A program made the translations under genes and the position numbers. Positions 1 through 8,482 of a stretch of DNA of 64,000 nucleotides are shown one piece after another. The stretch comes from an uncultured Clostridia bacterium (GTDB taxonomy: Bacteria > Bacillota > Clostridia > TANB77 > CAG-508): the NCBI GenBank assembly GCA_947581825.1, contig CANPVP010000002.1:104747-168746 (forward strand). Direction: 5' to 3'. A model generated the notes under the pieces. The model saw nothing but the letters and a program-made list of their open reading frames with translations, ran no database searches and had not been told where the DNA came from. The number at the start of each line of letters is the position of its first letter. The first letter of the stretch is position 1.

Positions 1-104
1 GGAAAAATGTGAAAGCAATTTTCTTCAAAAGTTATTCATTATTTATTATTAATAAAAAATAGTCATTGCAAAGAGAAAATTTGCATATTCGGGGGTAGTA
101 TAAT

Positions 105-798
105 TTGAGGATAAGAAGAAAAAAATGGGCAAGACCTGAATTGGAAAAGTGTGATTATTATCTAGAAAATCCAATTCAAAATAAAGGAAAATGGAAAGAG
201 CAATTTCAAAAGCAACAACCGATTCATTTAGAACTTGGCTGTGGCAAAGGTGATTTCATATCTAAATTAGCAAGTAGAAATCCAAATATTAATTATATTG
301 CAATGGATATAAAATGTGATATGCTTCGGATATGTAAGAAGAAAAGTAGAACAAGAATATGAAGACAGAAAAGTCGAAAATTTATTAATAGTAGCGCAAA
401 ACATAGAACAAATATTAGATATTATAGATGAAAAAGATATAGTAGATAGACTTTATATAAATTTTTGCAATCCATGGCCAAGACCAAAACATAAGAAAAA
501 AAGATTAACACATACGAAACAATTAGAAAAATATAAAGTATTTTTAAATGATGGAGCAGAAGTATATTTTAAAACAGATGATGATGGCTTGTTTGATGAT
601 AGCATCAAATACTTTGAAGAGTCAGGTTTTGAAATACTAAATAAAACTTACGATTTACATAAAGAACCAATATGGGAAAACAATATAATTACAGAACATG
701 AAAAAATGTTTTCTGATGATGGAATAAAAATTAAAGCTTTAATTGCAAAATTAGAAAATATAAAGCGGATGTTAATCCGCCTTTTTACTTTCCAATAA
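105..798 (+). pseudogene. trmB: tRNA (guanine46-N7)-methyltransferase TrmB, interrupted by a +1 frameshift near 330-345 (ORFs 105..362 and 316..798)
   Basis: The N-terminal ORF carries the TrmB SAM-binding motif LELGCGKGDFISKLA...YIAMDIKCDMLR. The second frame continues YVRRKV...YINFCNPWPRPKHKKKRL...YFKTDDDGLF, the TrmB core. A one-base shift around cggatatgta links the two frames. TTG start at 105 with GGGGG ribosome binding site. Confidence 0.6.
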
Positions 799-2169
799 TT
801 TATTTGGAGAAACATATTCAATATCTTTTTTATCATATTCTTCAGGTTTTAAGCCGAATCTTGGTCTCATATAGTCTAATACAAATAAAAATATTATAAA
901 CATTGATAAACCAATAATTAATGTTGCATATGCAGTAGTAGTTTTTGCTAGAAGCATAGAGGCTAAAAAGGCTAAGATAGATCCAACAAATGCTTCTAAT
1001 ATACTGCTTACAGTATATATTTTAGTAGAAATCTCAGGTGTTGTAAAACTATTTAAATACCTTTGAATTAAGACATAATATGGACCTTTTACAGTATGCT
1101 GTATAATTTGAAAAACAAAAAACAATATAAGAGTAGGTATATAAGGTATGTTTAAAATTACTACTATTCCTAAAATAATCATAGAAAGAGTATATTTTAA
1201 AGAGAAATTAGATAATAATTTATTCCTATATTTTTTATGATAATAGTTTTGCCTCATAGAAGCAATACAAGCAGCTATTTGAAGTATTGCAAAAACAATT
1301 CCAAAATATTGATTAGGTAAGCCAATATCTTTTAGTAAACTACTTGACATACTAGAACGAATTTGCAACAAGCCAGAAAATAAACCTGTAAAAACTAATA
1401 AAGCTCTTAACCTTTTTGAATTAAAAATAAATTTAAAAGATGCAATTAGTTCAGTCAAATAATTATATGAAGAGTTAGCGGAAGAGACTTTAAAAGTTTT
1501 TTCTTTTGGAGCTGAATAGTCCTCAAAAGTATAAGAAATCATAGTTGCAATAATACTGGAAATCATACATAAGAAAAGTGGAAGATAAGCATTGTATATG
1601 TATAAAAAACCTGTTAAAGCAGTAGAAATAGCATCAAAAACATAGTAGTAAGCGGATCCTTGACCATTTATTTTTGAAAACTGGCTATTTGCAGTTTTTC
1701 CTGGCTCTATACATTCGTGAAGCAAAGTACTTTCAGATAGATTTTTTAAAGAATAACCAAGAGCACATAAGAAATTTGCTAGTATTAAATGTCTAAGTCT
1801 CACAGATAGAATAACAACTAATATAGAAATTGTTACCAGAAGATTACCAGCAATAAGGGATTTCCTTCTGCCAATCTTATCAGTTAAAGCTAAACAAGGA
1901 AGATTAGCAAGTCCTTTAAACAATGGATAAAAAGAATCCACTAAAAGTACTTGGGAAGCAGATAAGCCTTTTTCTGTTGTTAAAAATAAAAAAATAATAG
2001 AATAGTAAAATAGTAGATCCCAAGAGAACATTTTATAAATAGGATATATTCTTCGATTATATTTCTTTGCATAAAAGTATTTTTTATTTAAATTGTTTTG
2101 TGTGTTTGTATCATAAGAAAATTTATTACTTTCAGTATTTAAATTATTATCCGAGTGATTATTCTCCAT
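772..2169 (-). CDS. MFS-type transporter (multi-pass membrane protein)
   Basis: 465 aa, about 12 hydrophobic segments, MFS signature-like DKIGRRKSL between TM2 and TM3. Convergently overlaps the trmB 3' end. Confidence 0.55.
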   Translation of the reverse strand: MENNHSDNNLNTESNKFSYDTNTQNNLNKKYFYAKKYNRRIYPIYKMFSWDLLFYYSIIFLFLTTEKGLSASQVLLVDSFYPLFKGLANLPCLALTDKIGRRKSLIAGNLLVTISILVVILSVRLRHLILANFLCALGYSLKNLSESTLLHECIEPGKTANSQFSKINGQGSAYYYVFDAISTALTGFLYIYNAYLPLFLCMISSIIATMISYTFEDYSAPKEKTFKVSSANSSYNYLTELIASFKFIFNSKRLRALLVFTGLFSGLLQIRSSMSSSLLKDIGLPNQYFGIVFAILQIAACIASMRQNYYHKKYRNKLLSNFSLKYTLSMIILGIVVILNIPYIPTLILFFVFQIIQHTVKGPYYVLIQRYLNSFTTPEISTKIYTVSSILEAFVGSILAFLASMLLAKTTTAYATLIIGLSMFIIFLFVLDYMRPRFGLKPEEYDKKDIEYVSPNKLLESKKAD

Positions 2170-2260
2170 ATGTTTTTACCTCTTTTGTGTAAATTTAGTT
2201 ATATAAAATAATTATATAGTAATACAAATATTTATACAATGAAAACAAGATAAAATTAAT

Positions 2261-2289
2261 TTGACAAAAGTATTACAAATTGATAATAT
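2261..2289 (+). promoter_or_regulatory. sigma-A-like promoter (TTGACA-N17-TAATAT) upstream of the yqeG-like gene
   Basis: Consensus -35 TTGACA at 2261-2266, 17-nt spacer, -10 TAATAT at 2284-2289. Confidence 0.5.
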
Positions 2290-2334
2290 AATAGTGAAAA
2301 TAAATTGCTAAAGCATTAATCTTAGGAGGAAATA

Positions 2335-2832
2335 ATGAACATATATCCAGATATATATGTAAATAGTGTATTGGATATTACTTATGAAATGTTACAAAAC
2401 AAGAATATCAAAGGGCTTATACTAGATGTAGATAATACACTAATAAATTACTATGAAAAGATGGTAGATGGTGCAGATATTTGGTGTGAGAAACTAAAAA
2501 ATAGAGGGATTGAATTTTGTATAGTTTCTAATAGTCATAAAAAAGAAAAAGTAAGAAAAGTAGCAGAAAAACTAAAAATACCATATATTAATTTTGCTAA
2601 AAAACCATTTAAAAAGGGATTTTTAAGAGCTTCTAAAATTATGCAAATAGACCCCAAAAACATAGCAACTGTAGGAGATCAACTCTTAACAGATGTTTTA
2701 GGAGGAAATAGTTGTAATATGATTTCTATTTTAGTTGAACCAGTTGAAAAGAAAGAAATGATATTTACTGCTATGAAACGACCAATTGAAAGAATGATGT
2801 TAAATAAATATTTAAAAAGCAGAAAACAATAA
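2335..2832 (+). CDS. yqeG: YqeG-family HAD-IIIA phosphatase
   Basis: LDVDNTL motif I, GDQLLTDVLGGN motif, length 165 aa, GGAGG ribosome binding site. Confidence 0.75.
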   Translation: MNIYPDIYVNSVLDITYEMLQNKNIKGLILDVDNTLINYYEKMVDGADIWCEKLKNRGIEFCIVSNSHKKEKVRKVAEKLKIPYINFAKKPFKKGFLRASKIMQIDPKNIATVGDQLLTDVLGGNSCNMISILVEPVEKKEMIFTAMKRPIERMMLNKYLKSRKQ

Positions 2833-2887
2833 ATAATAATGAATAAAAGTTTAATAATACAAAAGATAAAGAAAGAGAGGCTTTTAG

Positions 2888-3628
2888 ATGTATATAAATG
2901 ATACTCATATACTATATTATACAATTTTTGGTGTCATAGGTTTTGTAGTAGGAATTTTAACAAATTGGCTTAATACAAAATTACCAGAATATAAAAAAAC
3001 ACTTTCAAAAGAAAGATATAATCAATTAAAAGACAATGTAAAACCTAATTATTTAATTATATTATGTAATGTTTTAATATATATTGCTTTAGTCTATATT
3101 TTAGGAATAAAAAAAGATATATTAGAGAATATAACTTTATTAAAATATTTGATAATCACACCTTTTCTATTATCAATATTTAAAATAGATTATAATTATA
3201 AAATAATACCAAACAGGATTAATTTAGTACTTTTTGAAATTGGATTAGTATTTTTGTTTGTCCAAGGAATAATAAACATAAACATAGCAATAAATATGAT
3301 TTTAGGGATGTTGATAGGTGCAGGGGCATTTATGCTGATTACTATAATTGGAGGATTAGCTACTAAAAAGGATTCCATGGGATGGGGAGATGTTAAATTA
3401 ATGGGAGTTTTGGGACTTCTATTAGGTGTTACAAATATTACCATTGTAATGGTTTTGTCCTTCTTTATAGGTGCAATTATAAGTATAGTGTTGCTAATCT
3501 TTAAGAAAGTAAAAGAATATATTCCTTTTGGACCTTTTATAGTACTTGCGTGTTTTTCAATAATGCTTATACCAAATAATGTTATAATGAATATGTTAGT
3601 AAAAATACTTACTTTGGGAAGACAGTAA
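2888..3628 (+). CDS. type IV prepilin peptidase (A24 family)
   Basis: Polytopic membrane protein with the diagnostic GWGDVKLMGVLGLLLG aspartyl-protease motif. Confidence 0.75.
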   Translation: MYINDTHILYYTIFGVIGFVVGILTNWLNTKLPEYKKTLSKERYNQLKDNVKPNYLIILCNVLIYIALVYILGIKKDILENITLLKYLIITPFLLSIFKIDYNYKIIPNRINLVLFEIGLVFLFVQGIININIAINMILGMLIGAGAFMLITIIGGLATKKDSMGWGDVKLMGVLGLLLGVTNITIVMVLSFFIGAIISIVLLIFKKVKEYIPFGPFIVLACFSIMLIPNNVIMNMLVKILTLGRQ

Positions 3629-3661
3629 GATTAAATAATAAAAGAAAGGAGAACTGCTATA

Positions 3662-4729
3662 ATGAATGTTAGAGTTCGCTGGTTAAGAGATAGTTTGAGG
3701 AGCCTTAATCTAGACGGAATGATAGTTTCTAATCCTGTAAATATTAAATATTTAATAGGTGTAGAAGCTGAAGGAATCCTACTTATAACAAGAAAAGAAA
3801 ACATATATATAACTGATGGTAGATATACAGAAGCAGTAAATTCAATTTTAACAATAGATGATGAAATAATTGTTTCAGATATAAAAGATGTATCTAGTTA
3901 TGATTGTGAAAATTTCTTTTTGTTTTGTGAAAATGTCGGCTTTGAAGAAAATTATGTAACATATGCACAATATAAGCAATATATGCATCAATATAAAATC
4001 AACAATTTTGTAGAAACAGAATATATTATAGAAAAACATAGAATGATTAAAGATAAAGAAGAAATCGAAAATATAACAGAAGCATGTAAAATAACAGATA
4101 AATGTTTTGAACATTTATTAACATATATAAAAAAAGGAAAAACAGAAAAGGAAATTGCAACAGAAATAGAAAGATTCTTTAAAGAAAATGGGGCAGAAGG
4201 AAATTCTTTTGATTCAATAGTGGCTTCTGGAATAAATTCATCAATGCCACATGCTGTTCCTACAGATAGAAAAATACAATCCGGAGATATAATTACTATA
4301 GATTTTGGATGCAGATATAAAGGATATTGCTCTGATATGACAAGAACTATTTTTGTTGATTTTGTTCAAGACTATATAAAAGATGTTTATGATTTAGTAT
4401 TAAAAAATCAAAGAAACATGTTTAAAGAAATAAAAGAAGGTGCAAATACAAAGAATTTATTTAGAATGGTTAATAGCGATTTTAAAGTAAATGGTTTTTC
4501 TTTAATTCATGGATTAGGTCATGGAGTGGGCTTAGATATTCATGAAAGTCCAAGTTTAGGAGAACGTTCAGAAATGCTATTAAAAGAAAATATGGTTGTT
4601 ACAAACGAACCAGGAATATACATTCCAGGAAAATTTGGAGTTAGAATAGAAGATACAGTATTAGTAGATAAATATGGTTGTACAAGTCTTACAAAATCAG
4701 ATAAAAATTATATAATAATAAAAGCTTGA
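3662..4729 (+). CDS. M24-family Xaa-Pro aminopeptidase/dipeptidase
   Basis: Metal-ligand motifs [23 protein letters not shown] and VRIEDTVLV. 355 aa. Confidence 0.8.
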   Translation: MNVRVRWLRDSLRSLNLDGMIVSNPVNIKYLIGVEAEGILLITRKENIYITDGRYTEAVNSILTIDDEIIVSDIKDVSSYDCENFFLFCENVGFEENYVTYAQYKQYMHQYKINNFVETEYIIEKHRMIKDKEEIENITEACKITDKCFEHLLTYIKKGKTEKEIATEIERFFKENGAEGNSFDSIVASGINSSMPHAVPTDRKIQSGDIITIDFGCRYKGYCSDMTRTIFVDFVQDYIKDVYDLVLKNQRNMFKEIKEGANTKNLFRMVNSDFKVNGFSLIHGLGHGVGLDIHESPSLGERSEMLLKENMVVTNEPGIYIPGKFGVRIEDTVLVDKYGCTSLTKSDKNYIIIKA

Positions 4730-4796
4730 TTATAAAACCAATTTATGTTATAATACAGAGGAATTTTTATATTTTATAATAAAAGGAGAGATAATA

Positions 4797-5363
4797 ATGG
4801 CAGAAGTATATATGGCAGGAGATTTAAGAAATGGAACTACATTTGAAATGGATAATTCAGTATTTAAAGTTGTTGAGTTCCAACATGTAAAACCAGGGAA
4901 AGGTGCAGCTTTTGTAAGAACAAAGCTAAAAAATGTAATAACAGGAGCAGTTTTAGAGAAAACATTTAATCCATCTGAAAAATTACAAGGAGCAGAAATA
5001 GAGAAAAGAGAAATGCAATATTTATATAATGATGGAGACTTATATTATTTCATGGATAATGAAACATATGAGCAAATGCCTTTAAATAAAGAACAATTAG
5101 GTGACAGCTTAAAATATATAAAAGAAAATATGTCAGTTAAGATTTTATCTTTTAAAGGTAATGTTTTTTCAATCGAACCACCAATGTTTGTTGAATTAGA
5201 AGTAACATACACAGAACCAGGATTTAGTGGAAACACAACAACAACTTCAGGAAAACCAGCAACTTTGGAAAATGGATATGAAATATCAGTTCCACTATTT
5301 ATAAACATAGGAGATGTTATAAAAATAGATACAAGAACTGGAGAATACATGGAAAGAGTATAA
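4797..5363 (+). CDS. efp: elongation factor P
   Basis: [15 protein letters not shown] beta-hairpin with the modified Lys, 188 aa, strong ribosome binding site. Confidence 0.95.
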   Translation: MAEVYMAGDLRNGTTFEMDNSVFKVVEFQHVKPGKGAAFVRTKLKNVITGAVLEKTFNPSEKLQGAEIEKREMQYLYNDGDLYYFMDNETYEQMPLNKEQLGDSLKYIKENMSVKILSFKGNVFSIEPPMFVELEVTYTEPGFSGNTTTTSGKPATLENGYEISVPLFINIGDVIKIDTRTGEYMERV

Positions 5364-5389
5364 TTTTTAGAGAGGTGTAATTACGAGAT

Positions 5390-5911
5390 ATGGCAGATTT
5401 ACAAGAGAGATTAAAGAGTGTTATAGAGGAAATTGAAAACAAGATAGAGAATAAAGACACTTTAGAATTTGTAAAAACTCAAATTTACAATTTGTCACTA
5501 ATTTTTCTAGATGAAATAGATAGAGTATCAGAAGTAAATGTAAAGAAAATGGAAGATTTAGCAGATAAATATAGAGAAATTAATGACAGAGTAGAAGATA
5601 TAGAAGATACAGTTAAGCATATAGAAAAAGATATATATATGCAAGAAGATGATGAAGAAGGAGAATTTGATTTAGAAATAGTTTGTCCTTATTGCAATAA
5701 TGAATTTATGGTAGATTTTTCTGAAGAGCTTAAAGATGAGGTTATATGTCCAGAATGTAATAATGTTATAGAATTAGATTGGAATAAAGAAGACCATAAT
5801 TGTGGATGTTGTGGTTGTGATGGACATTCTGAAGACGGATGTAATGGAAGTTGCGATGGAGAACATCATCATCACGATAATGATAATGATAACAATAATG
5901 AAGATATGTAA
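5390..5911 (+). CDS. hypothetical efp-linked protein: acidic coiled-coil N-terminus, double CPxC zinc-ribbon, Cys/His/Asp-rich tail
   Basis: Two CxxC pairs (CPYCNNEF...CPECNNV), then CGCCGCDGHSEDGCNGSCDGEHHHHDNDNDNNNEDM. Ribosome binding site AGAGGTG 26 nt after the efp stop, so co-transcribed. Confidence 0.5.
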   Translation: MADLQERLKSVIEEIENKIENKDTLEFVKTQIYNLSLIFLDEIDRVSEVNVKKMEDLADKYREINDRVEDIEDTVKHIEKDIYMQEDDEEGEFDLEIVCPYCNNEFMVDFSEELKDEVICPECNNVIELDWNKEDHNCGCCGCDGHSEDGCNGSCDGEHHHHDNDNDNNNEDM

Positions 5912-5912
5912 A

Positions 5913-6518
5913 TTATAAATAATCTAAGGGATTGACGGCTACGCCGTCTTTTCTAATAGTTAAATGAAGGTGAGGACCAGTCATTGCTCCATTAGTGGGG
6001 TTACCTTTGCTATCTTTGTATGGATTGTTAGGTATAGTGTATACATTTTTAGGACCAACTTGCCCAATAACTTCTCCTCTAGATACTTTTTGACCGATTT
6101 TAACAATAAAATCAGGAGAAGAATGGCAATATGATATTCTAAGATTTTGATTTACTAAAGTTATAGTAAATCCTCCGGAACCAGTCCAACCAGTATTTAC
6201 AATTGTACCATCAGTTATTGCAACAAAATAAGTTCCCGTTGGAGCACCAATATCTAATCCAGAGTGATATGAAGATACAACTGCAGAACCTTGTCTATAT
6301 CCAAAATATGAGGTAATTGTTTTGCAACCAGGAACTGGCCAAGCAAAGCACTTAGAGCTTATGCTAGTTTGATAATTGATGTTTGGGTTTGGTGTGGGAT
6401 TGTCATTTATAATAGTATAATTTGCAAAGTATAAATTAAAAAAAGAATATAAATAAATAAATAAAAAAACAATTAAAGAAATAATTATATAGCGTGAAGA
6501 AAAAAATTTTTTTAACAT
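5913..6518 (-). CDS. M23/LytM-family peptidoglycan metalloendopeptidase
   Basis: YHSGLDIGAPTGT (HxxxD) and GPHLHL motifs. N-terminal membrane anchor. Confidence 0.8.
   Translation of the reverse strand: MLKKFFSSRYIIISLIVFLFIYLYSFFNLYFANYTIINDNPTPNPNINYQTSISSKCFAWPVPGCKTITSYFGYRQGSAVVSSYHSGLDIGAPTGTYFVAITDGTIVNTGWTGSGGFTITLVNQNLRISYCHSSPDFIVKIGQKVSRGEVIGQVGPKNVYTIPNNPYKDSKGNPTNGAMTGPHLHLTIRKDGVAVNPLDYL
5934..5953 (+). terminator. hairpin gacggc-ta-...gccgtc + TTTTC, a terminator for the efp operon that overlaps the 3' end of the convergent M23 gene
   Basis: Perfect 6-bp GC stem followed by a T-run immediately after the 5390 ORF stop. Confidence 0.4.
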
Positions 6519-6586
6519 AAAACCTCCAGAATATTAAAAATAGTTTTAAAAATATAAATAAATTATAAAAAGGGAGAGATGATATT

Positions 6587-7216
6587 ATGAAAGAACCAGT
6601 TATTTTAAACCATCCATTGATAAAGCATAAGATATCAATTTTAAGAAGTAAAAAAACAGGAACAAAAGAGTTTAGAGAATTAATTAGTGAAATTTCAACA
6701 TTTCTTTGCTATGAAGCAACAAAAGATGCTAAATTAGAAGATGTGGAAATAGAAACACCAATTCAAAAAACAGTGGGAAAGAAATTAAATGAAGATAATT
6801 ATGCTTTTATTCCAATATTAAGAGCTGGAACAGGTATGCTAGATGGTTTAATAAAAGCTATTCCAAATGCAAAAATAGGACATATTGGTTTGTATAGAAA
6901 TGAGGAAACTTTAAAGCCAGTAAAATATTATTATAAAGTTCCAAAAAATTTAGCTGAAAGGGAAGTTATAGTATTAGATCCAATGCTTGCAACAGGAGGT
7001 TCTGGTTCAGATGCAATAAAAATGTTAAAAGAAGATGGAGCAAAAAATATTAAATTTCTATGTATTATAGCAGCACCAGAAGGAATAAAAAGAATTCAAA
7101 CAGAGCATCCAGATGTACAAATATATTGTGCAACATTAGATGAAAAGTTAAATGAAAATGGATATATTATGCCAGGACTTGGAGATGCAGGAGATAGAAT
7201 TTTTGGTACGAAATAA
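6587..7216 (+). CDS. upp: uracil phosphoribosyltransferase
   Basis: N-terminus [24 protein letters not shown]-binding [11 protein letters not shown], 209 aa. Confidence 0.9.
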   Translation: MKEPVILNHPLIKHKISILRSKKTGTKEFRELISEISTFLCYEATKDAKLEDVEIETPIQKTVGKKLNEDNYAFIPILRAGTGMLDGLIKAIPNAKIGHIGLYRNEETLKPVKYYYKVPKNLAEREVIVLDPMLATGGSGSDAIKMLKEDGAKNIKFLCIIAAPEGIKRIQTEHPDVQIYCATLDEKLNENGYIMPGLGDAGDRIFGTK

Positions 7217-7280
7217 TTAAAAGTATAAGATAAAAAATATAGAGAAAAACTTTTTTAAAAAGAAAATTTCTAAAATATAT

Positions 7281-7311
7281 AAAAAATGAAGATTTAAATC
7301 TTCATTTTTTT
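7281..7311. terminator. bidirectional rho-independent terminator (aaaaaaTGAAGATTTAAATCTTCAtttttttt)
   Basis: Perfect 10-bp stem flanked by an A-run and a T-run. It sits between the upp 3' end and the 3' end of tRNA-Trp on the opposite strand. Confidence 0.7.
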
Positions 7312-7385
7312 TGGCAGGGGAACTAGGAGTCGAACCTAGCTCAGGAGTTTTGGAGACTCTTATACTACCGATGTACTATTCCCCT
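7312..7385 (-). tRNA. trnW: tRNA-Trp (anticodon CCA)
   Basis: The reverse complement folds as a 74-nt cloverleaf: acceptor AGGGGAA/TTCCCCT, D-stem GTAC/GTAT, anticodon loop CTCCAAA (T33-CCA-A37), T-arm CTAGG-TTCGACT-CCTAG, encoded 3' CCA. Close to Bacillus tRNA-Trp. Confidence 0.85.
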
Positions 7386-7523
7386 AAATTAAAATACTAT
7401 ATTATATTAACACAAAAATAAAAAATAAGCAATAGTATATTTGTTAAAAATTAAAAAAAAAAGCCTAAAGTACTACATACTCTAGACTTTTCTATATCGT
7501 AGAAATTTTAATCCATACAGACC

Positions 7524-7634
7524 TTATTTGCAGTTATTTTGATTTTGATTATTTCTATTATTGTTATTATTGTTGTTGTTATTATTATTGTTATTGTTGT
7601 TATTTTTATTTTCTTTGTTGTTCTTATTACTCAT
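7524..7634 (-). CDS. Asn-run micro-ORF (36 aa: MSNKNNKENKN-N15-RNNQNQNNCK) with canonical Shine-Dalgarno sequence
   Basis: GGAGGTG 6 nt upstream of the ATG. The body is an (AAT/AAC)n trinucleotide repeat. Not in the ORF track (below its size cut-off). Confidence 0.3.
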   Translation of the reverse strand: MSNKNNKENKNNNNNNNNNNNNNNNNRNNQNQNNCK

Positions 7635-7765
7635 GAAAAGCACCTCCATTTCCTTTATAGTATTTGCTAAAAATCAAGATATATTCAAAAAAATCAAAAT
7701 AGGGGATTGTTTATTTTGCCAATTTAGGATATAATAAATAACATAATATCGGAAAAGGAGAAATT

Positions 7766-8446
7766 ATGAATAACAATATTGTTATCGGAATAGAAGGTTT
7801 AGTAGGTGCTGGAAAAACATCTATATGTAAACAATTATTGAATAAAATACCAAATTCAATTTTAGTAAATGGTGGAAACTTATATAGGGCAATTGTATAT
7901 GCTATAATGAAGTCTGGTATAAATAAAGAAGAGTTACTAAAAAATGCCAATCAGATTGATATTAAAGAAGTAATGGATAAATTAAAAATTGAAATAAGGC
8001 TAGAAAATAGAGAAACAGAAATTTATATAAATGGAAATAAAGTTGAACAAGATACTTTGCAATCAAAAGAATCTTCAATAGCTGTTTCAGAAGTGGCTGG
8101 TATGGCTAAGAATTCTGGCTTATATTTATTTGGCGAAAAATTAATTGAAGAATTTAGAAAGCAAAGCAATGTAATTTTTTCAGGAAGAGATACACTAAAA
8201 ATATACCCTAATACAAAATATCATTTCTTTATAACTGCAGATATAGATGCAAGAGTAGAAAGAAAAAATATACAATATGAAGGAAAAGTAAGTAAAGAAG
8301 AATTAAAACAGCATATACTAAAAAGAGATGATTTACAAGAAAAAGCAGGCTTTTATAAAACATATGATAAAACTATTGTAATTGATACAACTGATTGTAA
8401 AACTGTAGAAGAAGGAGCCAATAGAATTTTAAAATACATAGTTTAA
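7766..8446 (+). CDS. cytidylate kinase-like (d)CMP kinase family protein
   Basis: P-loop GIEGLVGAGKTSICKQL, GGNLYRA (Cmk GAMYRA equivalent), and the LID region SGRDT...FFITADIDARVERK matching the Cmk pattern GRDIG...FLTAS.EERA.RR. Confidence 0.65.
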   Translation: MNNNIVIGIEGLVGAGKTSICKQLLNKIPNSILVNGGNLYRAIVYAIMKSGINKEELLKNANQIDIKEVMDKLKIEIRLENRETEIYINGNKVEQDTLQSKESSIAVSEVAGMAKNSGLYLFGEKLIEEFRKQSNVIFSGRDTLKIYPNTKYHFFITADIDARVERKNIQYEGKVSKEELKQHILKRDDLQEKAGFYKTYDKTIVIDTTDCKTVEEGANRILKYIV

Positions 8447-8482
8447 ATTAGTAAAAGAGTTTTTCATAATGGGGGGAAAACT

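Noticed and set aside
648-836. Short ORFs on the strand opposite to annotated genes throughout the window. Examples: 648..836, 2679..2924, 3196..3444, 3875..4114, 5045..5350, 7711..7950, 8530..8739, 10930..11193, 13772..14069, 14267..14584, 14910..15623, 15805..16228, 17068..17259, 17298..17822, 18489..18677, 20299..20517, 21493..21747, 24763..24981, 28653..28907, 29387..29638, 29939..30454, 30405..30827, 32562..32744, 33615..33812, 34284..34481, 37185..37454, 38207..38461, 38765..39052, 39244..39444, 39726..40775, 42268..43024, 43864..44362, 44522..44725, 44825..45353, 47969..48474, 49502..49687, 50831..51067, 51836..52057, 54522..54728, 54932..55419, 55901..56245, 57201..57506, 62307..62735.
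   Set aside because: They lie antisense to, or frame-shifted within, well-supported conserved genes. They have low-complexity Leu/Phe/Ile/Ser-rich translations typical of AT-rich antisense frames, and none has a credible ribosome binding site.
7541-7630. (ATT/GTT)n repeat considered as a CRISPR array or non-coding minisatellite
   Set aside because: The unit is 3 bp with no spacer/repeat architecture. It is in frame with an SD-preceded ATG, so it is treated as a coding trinucleotide repeat. No cas genes are present, and no CRISPR-like arrays were seen anywhere in the window.
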